Assembly: GCA_042219045.1 (NCBI GenBank)
Contig: JBDGQO010000032.1
Coordinates: forward strand, 4,127 to 22,858
Reading direction: 5' to 3'
DNA length: 18,732 nucleotides
Source of the DNA: Candidatus Bipolaricaulia bacterium
Lineage (GTDB): Bacteria > Bipolaricaulota > Bipolaricaulia > RBG-16-55-9
Made by a program: the position numbers and the translations under genes. The notes under the pieces were generated by a model. That model made no database searches. It saw only the letters and a program-made list of their open reading frames with translations, and was not told the origin of the DNA. How positions within the stretch are numbered: position 1 is the stretch's first letter; each line of letters opens with the position of its first letter. Positions 18,667-18,732 of this stretch are shown piece by piece.

Positions 18667-18732
18667 CGTGGTCCCCCTGATGTCTAATCCCCAGCGTAGC
18701 CGGGACCACGTTCGCCTCCGAGGACGGATGGC

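Overview
GC-rich bacterial chromosomal window. Left to right: three small-molecule transferases on + (APH/choline-kinase-like phosphotransferase, GNAT acetyltransferase, class I SAM methyltransferase); a ~1 kb gap (2477-3524) with no credible ORF that folds almost end to end into helices; an envelope module in which two equal-length, colinear Ig-like (NEW3/COG1470-like) membrane-anchored paralogs point away from each other around an HtrA protease, one coupled to a signal peptidase I and the other to an ABC ATPase plus permease; a GT-B glycosyltransferase; uvrB; a Tat-exported peptide-type ABC binding protein with two permeases but no ATPase; yidD; and a Crp/Fnr regulator. The best candidate for an undescribed system is the ~900-nt putative structured ncRNA at ~2539-3458. 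It has a duplicated, cross-compatible helix, a possible pseudoknot, repeated anti-Shine-Dalgarno (GCCUCC) motifs with some in loops, G-U pairs that favour the + strand, and a 14-bp terminal hairpin. All structures were paired by eye; no folding or database searches were run.
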